Made by a program: the position numbers and the translations under genes
Shown here: positions 10,151 through 19,678 of the stretch, piece by piece
Layout: the number at the start of each line of letters is the position of its first letter
Position numbering within the stretch: position 1 is the first letter of the stretch
The notes under the pieces: model-generated
What the model saw: the letters and a program-made list of their open reading frames with translations, nothing else
The model's database searches: none
What the model was told of the DNA's origin: nothing
Assembly (NCBI GenBank): GCA_963743305.1
Contig: CAVUPH010000018.1
Span: 58,203-122,202, forward strand
Length of the DNA: 64,000 nucleotides
Origin: an uncultured delta proteobacterium
Lineage (GTDB): Bacteria > Desulfobacterota > RBG-13-43-22
Reading direction: 5' to 3'

Positions 10151-10987
10151 ATGTATAGTGATTTGAAAGGTAAGACGGCGTTGGTGACTGGAGCGGGTAA
10201 GGAGACCGGAATCGGTTATGCCATCGGCCGGAAACTGGCCGCCTCGGGAATGAATATTATCCTGGCCGATCTGGGCCGCGAGGGGGCGGGTAACGGACCG
10301 GTCAAGACCGGGACCCGGGAAGAACTGGAAGCGCTTGTTCAAAAAGCCTCGGCGGAATATGGGGTGGGGGCCCTGGGGGTGGAAGTGGATGTGACCGCCA
10401 ATGAATCCATCCAGAGGATGATGGAAAAAATTAAAGAGCGGTTCAGCCGCATCGATGTGCTGGCCAATAATGCCGGCGCCTCCTTCGGTGTTCCCAATTT
10501 ATTTCATACCTATAACGAAGCCGATTGGCTGAAGACGATTGACGTCAATCTGCACAGCGTCTTCCGGGTGACCCGGGCGGTGCTCCCTTTGATGATGAAT
10601 AGCGGGGGAAGCATTATCAACACCGCTTCCCGGGCCGGCAAGGTCCCGCCCTTGTTCAACGGGGCCTACGCTGTGGCCAAAGCCGGTTTGATCATGCTCA
10701 CCAAGGTCATGGCCCAGGAATTGGCCGGAATGAATATCCGGGTGAACGCCATTTGCCCCGGCCAGGTGATGACCGATCTGGAAAAGTGGCGATTCGGTCT
10801 GGAAGCGCAGTTCTATTCCTGTACCAGCGAGGAGCGGGAACAGGCCATGTGCCAGACCATCCCCTTGCGCCGTATCGGGTCGCCGGAGGAAGTGGCCAAC
10901 CTGGTCGCCTTTCTGGCCTCCCGGGAGTCCTCCTATATGACCGGCCAGGCCGTCAATGTGACCGGCGGTCAGTTGATGGAACTGTAA
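10151..10987 (+). CDS. Short-chain dehydrogenase/reductase (SDR)
   Basis: TGAGKETGIG, NNAG, YAVAK, RVNAICPG, TGQAVNVTGG. Confidence 0.95.
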   Translation: MYSDLKGKTALVTGAGKETGIGYAIGRKLAASGMNIILADLGREGAGNGPVKTGTREELEALVQKASAEYGVGALGVEVDVTANESIQRMMEKIKERFSRIDVLANNAGASFGVPNLFHTYNEADWLKTIDVNLHSVFRVTRAVLPLMMNSGGSIINTASRAGKVPPLFNGAYAVAKAGLIMLTKVMAQELAGMNIRVNAICPGQVMTDLEKWRFGLEAQFYSCTSEEREQAMCQTIPLRRIGSPEEVANLVAFLASRESSYMTGQAVNVTGGQLMEL

Positions 10988-11028
10988 AAGCAGGATAAAG
11001 GATCGAGGATAAAGGAAAGGAGTTGAAT

Positions 11029-12723
11029 ATGGCGAATATTTCCGGCGGTCAGCTTACCGCTGAAGCGCTAATCGAAAGAAAGGTGGAATATGTTTTCACC
11101 TTGAGCGGGGGGCACATCACCCCGATTTATCAGTACCTGGAAAATTCAGCGGTCCGGCTGTTTGACACGCGGCATGAACAGGCGGCGGTCTTCATGGCCG
11201 AGGCCTATGGCCGGCTGACCCGAAAACCCGGGGTGGCCATGGTCACGGCCGGGCCGGGTTTTACGAATTCGCTGACCGCCGTGGCCAGCGCCTATCTGGC
11301 CAATACCCCGTTGGTCCTGATCTCCGGTTGCGTGGGGATCGACAGTTGTGAAAAATTGGACCTCCAGGATATGCGTCAGCTCCCGGTAATTGAGCCCATG
11401 GTCAAAAAGGCCCTGGTCTGCCAACGGACCGAACGGATCCCGGAATATATCGATATGGCTTTCCGCACGGCCCGCAGCGGCCGTCCCGGGCCGGTTTACC
11501 TGGAGCTGCCGATTGATATATTAAACGGCTCGGTGGACCCCTACCAGGCCAAGAAAAGAAGAACCGACGTGGAGTCCCACCCGGCCGATCCGGACCAGGC
11601 GGCTATTTTGATGGATATGATTCGTCAGGCCCGGAAGCCGTTGGTCATTGCCGGAAGCGGGGCCTGGTATTCCGGGGCCGAAAAGGCCCTGGTCGAATTT
11701 ATAGAGAAAACCGGTTTGCCGGTCTTTACCGCGGGGCTGGGACGGGGGACTATCCCGGATACCCATCCCCTGTGCTTTGAATCTTCGCTGGCCATTCGAC
11801 CCGGGGCCGGTTTTTTTGCTTTTATGAATACCGATCTGGTTATTCTCCTGGGTAACCGCCTCAGCCTCTTTTATATTTTCGGTGAGGTCTTCAATCCCCA
11901 GGCCAAATTGGTCCAGGTGGATATCCAAGGGGAGGAGCTGGGGCGCAATCGGGCGGTGGACCTACCGGTGGTCAGCGACGTTCGGGCTTTGCTGACCGAA
12001 TTGAACCGTCTGGTCGATCAACAGGGCGCGGCCGAAAGCCTGCGCCGGCAATTCGCCGGCTGGATAGACGAGCTCAAGAAATCGGAAGCCGACAACAAGG
12101 CCATGACCCGACCCACCTGGGAAGGCGATCAGGTCCCCATCCATCCCTTACGGCTGGCCCGGGAGGTCGACGACTTCATGAACCGGGAGGAGGACATCGT
12201 CGTGGCCGACGGCGGAGACACCACCACCTGGATGGGGATGACCCGGACGGTCCGTCGTCCCGGTCATTATTTGGACTATGGTCTGTTCGGCTGCCTGGCC
12301 GTGGGACTGCCCTTTGCCAACGCCGCTCAGCTCCTGAATCCTGATAAACGGGTCTGCCTGCTGACCGGCGACGGGTCGGTGGGCTTCAATTTCATGGAGT
12401 TTGAGACGGCCCTTCGAAAACAATTGCCCATCGTGGTGGTCATCAACAACGACCTGGGTTGGGGCATGATCCGGCACAGCCAGGAAATCAAGATCGGGAG
12501 GGCCATCCCGGACGGCACCTTTATCGGGAAGGTGGATTACCACAAAATGGTGGAGGCCCTGGGCGGACTGGGCCTGTTCGTGGAGCAGCCGGCGGCCATC
12601 CGGCCGGCACTGGAGGAGGCCTTTGCCTCGGGGAAAACGGCCTGCATCAACGTCATGACCGATCCAACGGTCATCAGCCCGGGAAGCATTGCCTTGGCTA
12701 ATCTGGGAGGGTATAAAGCCTGA
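11029..12723 (+). CDS. Thiamine-diphosphate enzyme (acetolactate-synthase-like / 2-hydroxyacyl-CoA lyase-like)
   Basis: LSGGHI, RHEQAA, TAGPG, GRPGPVYLELP, GDGSVGF...NND TPP-binding motif. Confidence 0.9.
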   Translation: MANISGGQLTAEALIERKVEYVFTLSGGHITPIYQYLENSAVRLFDTRHEQAAVFMAEAYGRLTRKPGVAMVTAGPGFTNSLTAVASAYLANTPLVLISGCVGIDSCEKLDLQDMRQLPVIEPMVKKALVCQRTERIPEYIDMAFRTARSGRPGPVYLELPIDILNGSVDPYQAKKRRTDVESHPADPDQAAILMDMIRQARKPLVIAGSGAWYSGAEKALVEFIEKTGLPVFTAGLGRGTIPDTHPLCFESSLAIRPGAGFFAFMNTDLVILLGNRLSLFYIFGEVFNPQAKLVQVDIQGEELGRNRAVDLPVVSDVRALLTELNRLVDQQGAAESLRRQFAGWIDELKKSEADNKAMTRPTWEGDQVPIHPLRLAREVDDFMNREEDIVVADGGDTTTWMGMTRTVRRPGHYLDYGLFGCLAVGLPFANAAQLLNPDKRVCLLTGDGSVGFNFMEFETALRKQLPIVVVINNDLGWGMIRHSQEIKIGRAIPDGTFIGKVDYHKMVEALGGLGLFVEQPAAIRPALEEAFASGKTACINVMTDPTVISPGSIALANLGGYKA

Positions 12724-12782
12724 TTGACAGCTCGCCCGGAAAAATGTAATCATAATGTAATAGTTGCTGTACCGGCGTGCGT

Positions 12783-13020
12783 ATGGTCAGAACACAGATT
12801 CAATTGACGGATGATCAGGCCAAGATGGTCAAGAAGTTGGCCATGGCCCGCGGCGTCTCCATGGCTGAATTCATCCGTCAGGGGTGAGGGTATTTATCGA
12901 TACCTCGCTGCCGGTAGTACGCCTTGCTCGATCGGACGGATGGGAAATTATCCTGAAGCGTCAAGGGGGCGGCTGATGTATTTTCGAAAGGCCATGCTGA
13001 TTACGACTTCGCCCTTCCCG
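12783..13020 (+). pseudogene. Decayed vapBC-type toxin-antitoxin remnant
   Basis: 12783-12887 reads MVRTQIQLTDDQAKMVKKLAMARGVSMAEFIRQG* (truncated ribbon-helix-helix). An overlapping GTG starts VRVFIDTS, then frameshifted YALLDRTDG-NYPEA and AMLITTS, which are PIN N-terminal motifs. Confidence 0.7.
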
Positions 13021-13181
13021 TTTCTCCGATCATCGACCTCTGGAACTGCAAAAAAGGCATCAGCGTTAGGTCGGTTTTATGGAGCCTGGACACGTCCACC
13101 TGCACCTTCGCCAAAGATTTCCCCCAACGCTTCATATGTTCATTATTAGCCATTATTATTTGCCTTGTGGTGCCGAGTTCT

Positions 13182-13236
13182 ATTTTTGTATTAAACCCGG
13201 CCATGCTCGGGGCAAGCACCCACGAAGCATGAAAAT
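13182..13236 (+). repeat. ~55-bp ATTTT...CATGC...CATGAAAAT element (full copy)
   Basis: atttttgtattaaacccggccatgctcggggcaagcacccacgaagcatgaaaat, directly followed by a cccctttttcaaagggggatttagggggattt hairpin repeat. Confidence 0.75.
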
Positions 13237-13460
13237 TTCCCCTCCCCCTTTTTCAAAGGGGGATTTAGGGGGATTTCAAGGGGGCGGGAATAACCACCAA
13301 CCTCTATTTTCGTATTAAGGGATAAGGTAGGATATCTTGGCGGGCCGGGAATGATGGCGGGAAAAGCGTGATGAGGTGATGAAAGGGGGAGGCCCCCCCG
13401 CTCCCTGCCCTCAGGAGGGCCGGGAGCGGAGGGGCAATTTCCCTTTGCCGGGCCAGGCCC

Positions 13461-13559
13461 CTATTTCTTCTTTTTTTCCTGCTTGGCCTTCTTCTTTTCT
13501 TTGGCTGTTTTGGTCGGCTTCTTTTTTGCGTCCTTCTTGGCGTCCATTGATTTGGCCAT
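13461..13559 (-). CDS. 32-aa lysine-rich small protein
   Basis: MAKSMDAKKDAKKKPTKTAKEKKKAKQEKKKK* with an AAGGAGG RBS just upstream; below the ORF-track length cutoff. Confidence 0.75.
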   Translation of the reverse strand: MAKSMDAKKDAKKKPTKTAKEKKKAKQEKKKK

Positions 13560-13658
13560 GAGAGCCCTCCTTAAAAATTAAATTGATGGAGAATACCATT
13601 TTCGTCTTTTAAAAAAAATGGAAAAAAGTTACTTTTTCTAAAAAAAGGAGGCCTCCCG

Positions 13659-15128
13659 ATGAAATATGTCGCCGCCATCGATCAGGGGACCACCAGCACC
13701 CGCTGTTTTCTTTTTGACCGGGCGGGACAACCGAAGGCCGGGGCCCAACAGGAGCACCGGCAGATTTATCCGCGACCGGGCTGGGTGGAGCATGACCCGG
13801 TCGAGATTTGGGATCGGACCCAGCGGGTGTTCGCCGAGGCCCTGGACTCGGTCCGGGCCGAACCGGGTGACCTGGCCGCCATCGGTATCACCAACCAGCG
13901 GGAGACGACGGTGATCTGGGAAAAGGCCGGCGGACGGCCGATCCACAATGCCCTGGTCTGGCAGGATACGCGCACGGCCGGCCTCTGTGCCGAGCTGGCC
14001 GGGCAGGGCGGGCAGGACCGCTTCCGCCCCAAAACCGGCCTGCCGCTGGCCACGTATTTCTCGGGCCCGAAAATCCTCTGGCTGCTGGACCAGGTTCCCG
14101 GCGCTCGGGAGCGGGCCGAAAACGGCGATTTATTGTTCGGGACGATCGACACCTGGCTGGTCTGGAACCTGACCGGCGCTCATGTCACCGATGTGACCAA
14201 CGCCGGCCGGACCCTGCTGATGAACCTGGAGACCCTGGATTGGGATGAAGACCTGCTTCGCGAACTGAAGGTGCCTCGAGCCCTGCTGCCGCGGATCGTT
14301 TCCTCGAGCGAGGTCTACGGCGTCACCGGGCAAGGCGTGTCGGTGTCGGGGATTCTGGGCGATCAACAGGCCGCCCTCTTCGGGCAGACCTGCTTCTCCC
14401 CGGGTGAGGCCAAAAATACTTACGGCACCGGTTGCTTCATGCTGCTCAACACCGGAGAAACCGCGGTGCCTTCGAACAACGGCCTGTTGACCACGCTGGG
14501 GTACCAACTGGGAAGACAACCCCCGGTCTATGCCCTGGAAGGCTCGATTGCCGTAACCGGCGCGCTGGTGCAATGGCTGCGGGACAACCTCGGCCTGATC
14601 GGGCAGTCCGCCGAAGTGGAGGCGCTGGCCGGCTCCGTGGACGACAACGGCGGCATCTACTTCGTGCCGGCCTTCAGCGGTTTATATGCGCCTTACTGGA
14701 AGGACAGCGCCCGGGGGGCTATCGTCGGGATGACCCGCTACGTGAACAAGGGGCATATCGCCCGCGCCGCCCTGGAAGCCACGGCCTTTCAGACCCGCGA
14801 AGTGCTGGAGGCGATGAATAAAGACAGCGGCGTTCGGTTGAGCTCCTTGAGAGTGGACGGCGGGATGGTCCGCAACGAGCTCCTGATGCAGTTCCAGGCG
14901 GACATCCTCCAGGTCCCGGTGACTCGTCCCCGGATCTCCGAAACCACCGCCCTCGGGGCGGCCTATGCCGCCGGCCTGGCGGTCGGCTTCTGGTCCAACC
15001 TGGAAGAACTGCGCCGGAACTGGCAGGCCGATAAAACCTGGCGACCCCGGATGGGAGAGGAAGAGCGCGATCGGCTGTATCGCGGCTGGCAGAAGGCTGT
15101 CACCCGCACCTTTGATTGGATCGATTAA
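13659..15128 (+). CDS. glpK: Glycerol kinase
   Basis: [47 protein letters not shown]. Confidence 0.97.
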   Translation: MKYVAAIDQGTTSTRCFLFDRAGQPKAGAQQEHRQIYPRPGWVEHDPVEIWDRTQRVFAEALDSVRAEPGDLAAIGITNQRETTVIWEKAGGRPIHNALVWQDTRTAGLCAELAGQGGQDRFRPKTGLPLATYFSGPKILWLLDQVPGARERAENGDLLFGTIDTWLVWNLTGAHVTDVTNAGRTLLMNLETLDWDEDLLRELKVPRALLPRIVSSSEVYGVTGQGVSVSGILGDQQAALFGQTCFSPGEAKNTYGTGCFMLLNTGETAVPSNNGLLTTLGYQLGRQPPVYALEGSIAVTGALVQWLRDNLGLIGQSAEVEALAGSVDDNGGIYFVPAFSGLYAPYWKDSARGAIVGMTRYVNKGHIARAALEATAFQTREVLEAMNKDSGVRLSSLRVDGGMVRNELLMQFQADILQVPVTRPRISETTALGAAYAAGLAVGFWSNLEELRRNWQADKTWRPRMGEEERDRLYRGWQKAVTRTFDWID

Positions 15129-15169
15129 CAGTTTGATGAAGTGGATCAAAGAATGAGGAGGTAAGAATC

Positions 15170-16900
15170 ATGCCCAAGCAAAGAATGACCCCCAGCGAAG
15201 CGCTGGTCGAGACCCTGGTGGCCGAGGGGGTAAAAACAGTATTCGGGATCGTGGGTTCGGCCTTCATGGATGCCCTGGATTTATTCCCGGCGGCGGGAAT
15301 CCGCTTTGTTTCCGTGGCCCACGAACAGGCCGCCGCCCACGCCGCTGACGGCCTGGCCCGGGTGACCGGCCGGCCCCAGGTCTGCATCGCCCAGAACGGC
15401 CCGGGGGTGGCCAATTTCGTGTCCGCCGTCACCGCCGCCTTCTGGGCCCACTCGCCGGTGGTGGCCATCACCCCGGAAACGGGTTCCCTGGGGATCGGGA
15501 CCGGCGGGTTTCAGGAACTGGACCAGATGGCCTGGTTCAAGGAGCAGACGGTCTACCAGGTGCGCGTCAATCGGCCGGAGCGAATGGCCGAGTTGGCCCG
15601 CCGGGCGTTTTATCTGGCCAAATTGGAAAACGGACCGGCCCAGCTCAATATCCCCCGCGATTACTTTTACGGTTTGTGCGAGGATGAGATCTACCCCACG
15701 CTGACCGTCTCCCGGGGCAGCGGACCGCGGGAGGCCCTGGAAGCGGCCGCCCGGCTGCTGCTCAAGGCCAAAACCCCGGTCATTCTGGCCGGAGGCGGGG
15801 TCTCCCAGGGGAACGCGCTGGAAGAAGTAATGGCCCTGGCCGAGTACCTCGGCGCCCCGGTGGCCAACACCTATCTGCACAATGACACTTTCCCGGGGGA
15901 CCATCCGCTGGCCGTGGGGCCCATCGGCTACTGCGGCTCCAAGGCGGCCATGCGGACCTTAGCCCAAGCCGATGTGGTCCTGGCCCTGGGCACCCGCCTG
16001 GGCCCCTTCGGCACCCTGCCCCAGTACGGATTGGACTATTGGCCTAAACAGGCCAAGCTTATTCAGGTGGACGTGAATGCCCGGGTCCTGGGCCTCAGTC
16101 GGCGAGTGGACGTGGCCAGCCCGGCGGAAGTGAAGGAATTCACCCGTGAAATGATCCTGCTGCTCAAAACCCGCAAACCGGAGATGAAAATTAATCGAAA
16201 ACGCCTGCGGGAGTTGGAAAATGAGAAACGGGACTGGTCCGAGGAATTACGGAAGGAATCTTCCTCCACAGCCAAACTGATGCACCCCCGGAGATTTCTA
16301 TGGGAGCTGTCCCGGGCCATCCCCCCGGGTTCCATCGTCACCACGGACATCGGCAATAATTCCTCTATGTGCAATGCTTATCTGAAGTTCAACGACGTCC
16401 GGCAGCATCTGGCCGCCCTGAGCTGGGGTAATTGCGGCTTTGCCTACGGGGCCGCCCTGGGGGCCAAGATCGGCCGGCCCAAGGTCCCGGTCTTTGCCTT
16501 CCAGGGAGACGGAGCCTACGGGATCAGCGGCCTGGCCGAAGTCATGACGGCGGTGCGGGAAAATATCCCGGTGATCGCCGTGGTGGCCAATAACCAGGAG
16601 TGGGGGGCGGAGAAGAAAAATCAGATCGATTATTACGATAACCGTTTTGTGGGCGCTAACCTGCCGGACAACCCGGATTACGCCCGGTTGGCGGAGGATA
16701 TGGGGGCCAAGGGCTTTCGGGTGGAGGACTACCGGGACGTGCCGGAGGTGGTGCGCGAGGCCGTCAAGTCCAACCGGCCCTGCGTGATCAACGCGCTGAT
16801 TGAAGGCGGCGAAAAGGTCCTGGCCGAGCCCTTCCGGAGGGATGCCTTGAAAAAGCCGGTGCGCCTTCTGCCTAAATACAAGCACTTGACGGTTCGGTAA
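15170..16900 (+). CDS. xsc: Sulfoacetaldehyde acetyltransferase
   Basis: MTPSEALVE, FGIVGSAFMD, AQNGPG, GPIGYCGSKAAM, FGTLPQYGLDYWP, WGAEKKNQ, EPFRRDALKKP are Xsc-family motifs. Confidence 0.92.
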   Translation: MPKQRMTPSEALVETLVAEGVKTVFGIVGSAFMDALDLFPAAGIRFVSVAHEQAAAHAADGLARVTGRPQVCIAQNGPGVANFVSAVTAAFWAHSPVVAITPETGSLGIGTGGFQELDQMAWFKEQTVYQVRVNRPERMAELARRAFYLAKLENGPAQLNIPRDYFYGLCEDEIYPTLTVSRGSGPREALEAAARLLLKAKTPVILAGGGVSQGNALEEVMALAEYLGAPVANTYLHNDTFPGDHPLAVGPIGYCGSKAAMRTLAQADVVLALGTRLGPFGTLPQYGLDYWPKQAKLIQVDVNARVLGLSRRVDVASPAEVKEFTREMILLLKTRKPEMKINRKRLRELENEKRDWSEELRKESSSTAKLMHPRRFLWELSRAIPPGSIVTTDIGNNSSMCNAYLKFNDVRQHLAALSWGNCGFAYGAALGAKIGRPKVPVFAFQGDGAYGISGLAEVMTAVRENIPVIAVVANNQEWGAEKKNQIDYYDNRFVGANLPDNPDYARLAEDMGAKGFRVEDYRDVPEVVREAVKSNRPCVINALIEGGEKVLAEPFRRDALKKPVRLLPKYKHLTVR

Positions 16901-16929
16901 CTCTTTTCTCGGTTACGAAACCGTCATTT

Positions 16930-17073
16930 TTGATGGTTTCGCAAAAAGTCCCCAGCGCCGTCATTGCGAGGAGTGAAGCGACGAAGCAATCCCCAAGAAT
17001 CAGCCGGTTACCATGGGGGGGATTGCTTCGCTTCGCTCGCAATGACAGGTTCTTGGACTTTTTGCGAGACATC
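16930..17073. repeat. ~145-bp palindromic element, copy B (inverted relative to A)
   Basis: ttgatggtttcgcaaaaagtcccc...gtcattgcgaggagtgaagcgacgaagcaatcc...ggactttttgcga. Confidence 0.9.
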
Positions 17074-17146
17074 GTTTCTAATGGACTCACTGAAAAGGGA
17101 AGATCGAAATTTAGGAGAAGGCTTTTAGAGGAAAGGGGTACCAAGT

Positions 17147-18238
17147 ATGGAGATCAAATGGGGAAAACTGGTCGGGCTGGTTTTCATCGGGATCTGTCTC
17201 ATCATTAACCCGGCGTCGGCTGCCCAGAAGAAAGCCGCGGTGAAGAAAGCGAAAGTGACGCAAAAAGAACCCGCGCGACCGAAGGCGGCGGATGTCAATA
17301 CGGCGCTGGTCTTTGGGAAGGCCGGAACGGGTCCGGGCGAGTTCGAGACCATCGACGGCGTCTGGGTGGATGCCCGGGGCCGGATCCTGGTCGTCGACAA
17401 GGGGAATAATCGGATCAGCTTTTTTAATGGCGGCGGCCGGTTTTTAAAGTCTTTCGGGGAATCGGGCGAAGGACCGGGCCAATTCAACCTGTGCACGGGT
17501 GTCGTCATTGACCGGCAGCAGCGCATCATCGTCTCCGACCAGGGCAATTTCCGCATCCAGGTCTTCGATGCGGATGGAAAATTTCTGACCGCTTTCGGAC
17601 GCCAGGGAAACGGTGACGGGGAATTTCAGGAACCCATGGGCCTGGCCCTGGATGAAAAGGGTAATCTCTACGTTGCCGACGGGACCCGGGACGATGTTCA
17701 GGTTTTCGACGAAAATTTCGCCTTTGTCCGGAAATTCGGAATCTTAAACCCTGATGCCGGACGAATGGAAATGATCGAGTCAGTGGCTGTCGGCCCCCCG
17801 CCACAGCAGGAAGTCTATGTCTCCGACGAAAAGAATTCCCGCATCCAGCGCTTCAGCGCCGAGGGGGCGCACCTCGGGACAATCGGCAAAAAGGGTTTCG
17901 GACCGGGGATGTTTGCCAAAGAAGTGGAAGGATTGACGTTTGATAATCTGGGGTACCTCTACGCGATGGATGAAACCGGGGGCAAGATCGAAGTCTTTGA
18001 CCCGGAAGGCCGGCCGGTTCATTCCTTCGGCGGGGGGTTGGGCATCCGGCCGGGCCAATTCAATTCACCGGACGGCCTTCACTACAGCCCCCTTTACAAT
18101 AGCATCCTGGTCGCCGACCAGCGGAATCACCGCGTTCAGGTCTTTCATCTGGATGATATCTGGAAAAACAAAAAGCGGGCAGTTCAAAAACACGAGAACC
18201 GACAGATCGACCATTCCACCGACGACGGTCGGTCATGA
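17147..18238 (+). CDS. Secreted NHL-repeat six-bladed beta-propeller protein
   Basis: Signal peptide plus about six GxGxGEF...VxDxxNxRIQVF repeats. Confidence 0.9.
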   Translation: MEIKWGKLVGLVFIGICLIINPASAAQKKAAVKKAKVTQKEPARPKAADVNTALVFGKAGTGPGEFETIDGVWVDARGRILVVDKGNNRISFFNGGGRFLKSFGESGEGPGQFNLCTGVVIDRQQRIIVSDQGNFRIQVFDADGKFLTAFGRQGNGDGEFQEPMGLALDEKGNLYVADGTRDDVQVFDENFAFVRKFGILNPDAGRMEMIESVAVGPPPQQEVYVSDEKNSRIQRFSAEGAHLGTIGKKGFGPGMFAKEVEGLTFDNLGYLYAMDETGGKIEVFDPEGRPVHSFGGGLGIRPGQFNSPDGLHYSPLYNSILVADQRNHRVQVFHLDDIWKNKKRAVQKHENRQIDHSTDDGRS

Positions 18239-18373
18239 TCCCTGGGTACCCCTTAATACGAAAATAATCTTGAATACCGCTTTTTAGGCGGCTTCGGGTA
18301 ATTTTTCCAAGTCCACTTTATAACCGAGGGCTTCCATTCTACATTTAGTATGAGAATAACCCGGCCGCCCCAT

Positions 18374-18465
18374 TGTCTTTGCGAACGAAGCGAAGCAATC
18401 CCCCTGTTGGCTTACTCCGCCCCCCAAGCTCAATCGGGGGATTGCTTCGCTTCGCTCGCAATGAC
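18374..18465. repeat. Inner core of the palindromic element, copy C (no outer arms)
   Basis: tgtctttgcgaacgaagcgaagcaatcccc...ggggattgcttcgcttcgctcgcaatgac. Confidence 0.85.
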
Positions 18466-18478
18466 GCGCATTTCGAAT

Positions 18479-18532
18479 ATTTTCATGATTTGCGGGTGCC
18501 TACCCGCGGGCATGGGGGTTTAGTACGAAAAT
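18479..18532 (-). repeat. ~55-bp element, full copy on the reverse strand
   Basis: attttcatgatttgcgggtgcctacccgcgggcatgggggtttagtacgaaaat; the end motif matches attttcgtactaaaccc at 5495-5511. Confidence 0.75.
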
Positions 18533-18726
18533 AGAACTCGGCACCACTCGGGCATTCATCAATAATTAATAATTAACAAATTAATTATTAATTATTAATT
18601 TCAATACCGATTTAATACGGAGCGGCCCGCCAGGGACACGATCGAGTTAAGGACCCCTTTTGGTGCTCTTGACCAGAACCGGAAACGCCCGGCTCCGTCA
18701 TCCTTTGCTTAGACTGATATATTTGT

Positions 18727-19608
18727 CTACAACAGATGGTCTTGTTTCAATCGATTGATGATTTCTGTGGTCGAATAGCTTCGGTTCATCGTGTAAAAAT
18801 GAAGTCCGGCCACGTCCTCTTTGAGCAAACCTTGGCATTGCTCGGTGGCAAAATCGATGCCTACCTGGAGTACCGCCTGACTGTCGGCCTGATCCACGCC
18901 ATCCAAACGACGCTGCAATTGAGGCACAATTTTGGAGCCACATATCTTGGACAACATTTGGGTCATTTTTACTGTATACACCGGCATAATGCCCGGAATA
19001 ATCGGCACATCGATGCCAATCGCGTGGCACTTGTCAACGAAGCGCAAAAAATAGTCGTTGTCGTAGAAATACTGAGTCACAACATAGTTCACGCCGTTGT
19101 CCACTTTTTGCTTCAGATACTCGATGTCTTTTTCCAGACTTTGAGCTTCGACATGCCCTTCGGGGTATCCGGCACATCCAAGTATAAAATCATAGCGCTT
19201 TTTTACAAAAGCGATTATATCCGAAGCATGGGCAAAACTATCCGGATGGGCGGTAAAATTCTTTTCTTTGGGTTGATCGCCTCTGATTACATAAATGGTT
19301 TGGACGCCCAGCGCTTTATAATCGTCCAGAACGCTGACAATCTGATCAGGCCCCAGACCGTATCCCGCTATGTAAGCCACCGTAGGCAAGTGTTTGTCGG
19401 CTATCAACTGCTTGACCGTCTGGTAGGACCCTTCACGGGTGGAACCACCGGCGCCGAATGTAACGGACAGGTAATCCGGCTTCAGCCGTGATAGGCTATC
19501 CACAGTGTCCGAAAACGATTCAGCCGCTTTTTGGTCTCTGGGGGGAGAAAATTCCATGGAAACAGCCGGTTTTTTGTTTTGATACAAATCTTTAACGTTC
19601 ACTGACAT
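18727..19608 (-). CDS. metF: 5,10-methylenetetrahydrofolate reductase
   Basis: SMEFSPP, SVTFGAGGS, IRGD, AGYPEGH, VTQYFYD, GLHFYTMN. Visibly lower GC than flanking genes. Confidence 0.92.
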   Translation of the reverse strand: MSVNVKDLYQNKKPAVSMEFSPPRDQKAAESFSDTVDSLSRLKPDYLSVTFGAGGSTREGSYQTVKQLIADKHLPTVAYIAGYGLGPDQIVSVLDDYKALGVQTIYVIRGDQPKEKNFTAHPDSFAHASDIIAFVKKRYDFILGCAGYPEGHVEAQSLEKDIEYLKQKVDNGVNYVVTQYFYDNDYFLRFVDKCHAIGIDVPIIPGIMPVYTVKMTQMLSKICGSKIVPQLQRRLDGVDQADSQAVLQVGIDFATEQCQGLLKEDVAGLHFYTMNRSYSTTEIINRLKQDHLL

Positions 19609-19678
19609 CCTCCTTTGTAAGAATAACTGTTTATGGTTCCTCTGCCAAAATCCTTTTCACCCAAATTTCGGTCAGAAA

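Noticed and set aside
18559-18601. AT-rich aataatt palindrome as a replication origin
   Set aside because: No DnaA-box cluster or rep gene was seen; it matches the heptamer-palindrome style of other intergenic regions.
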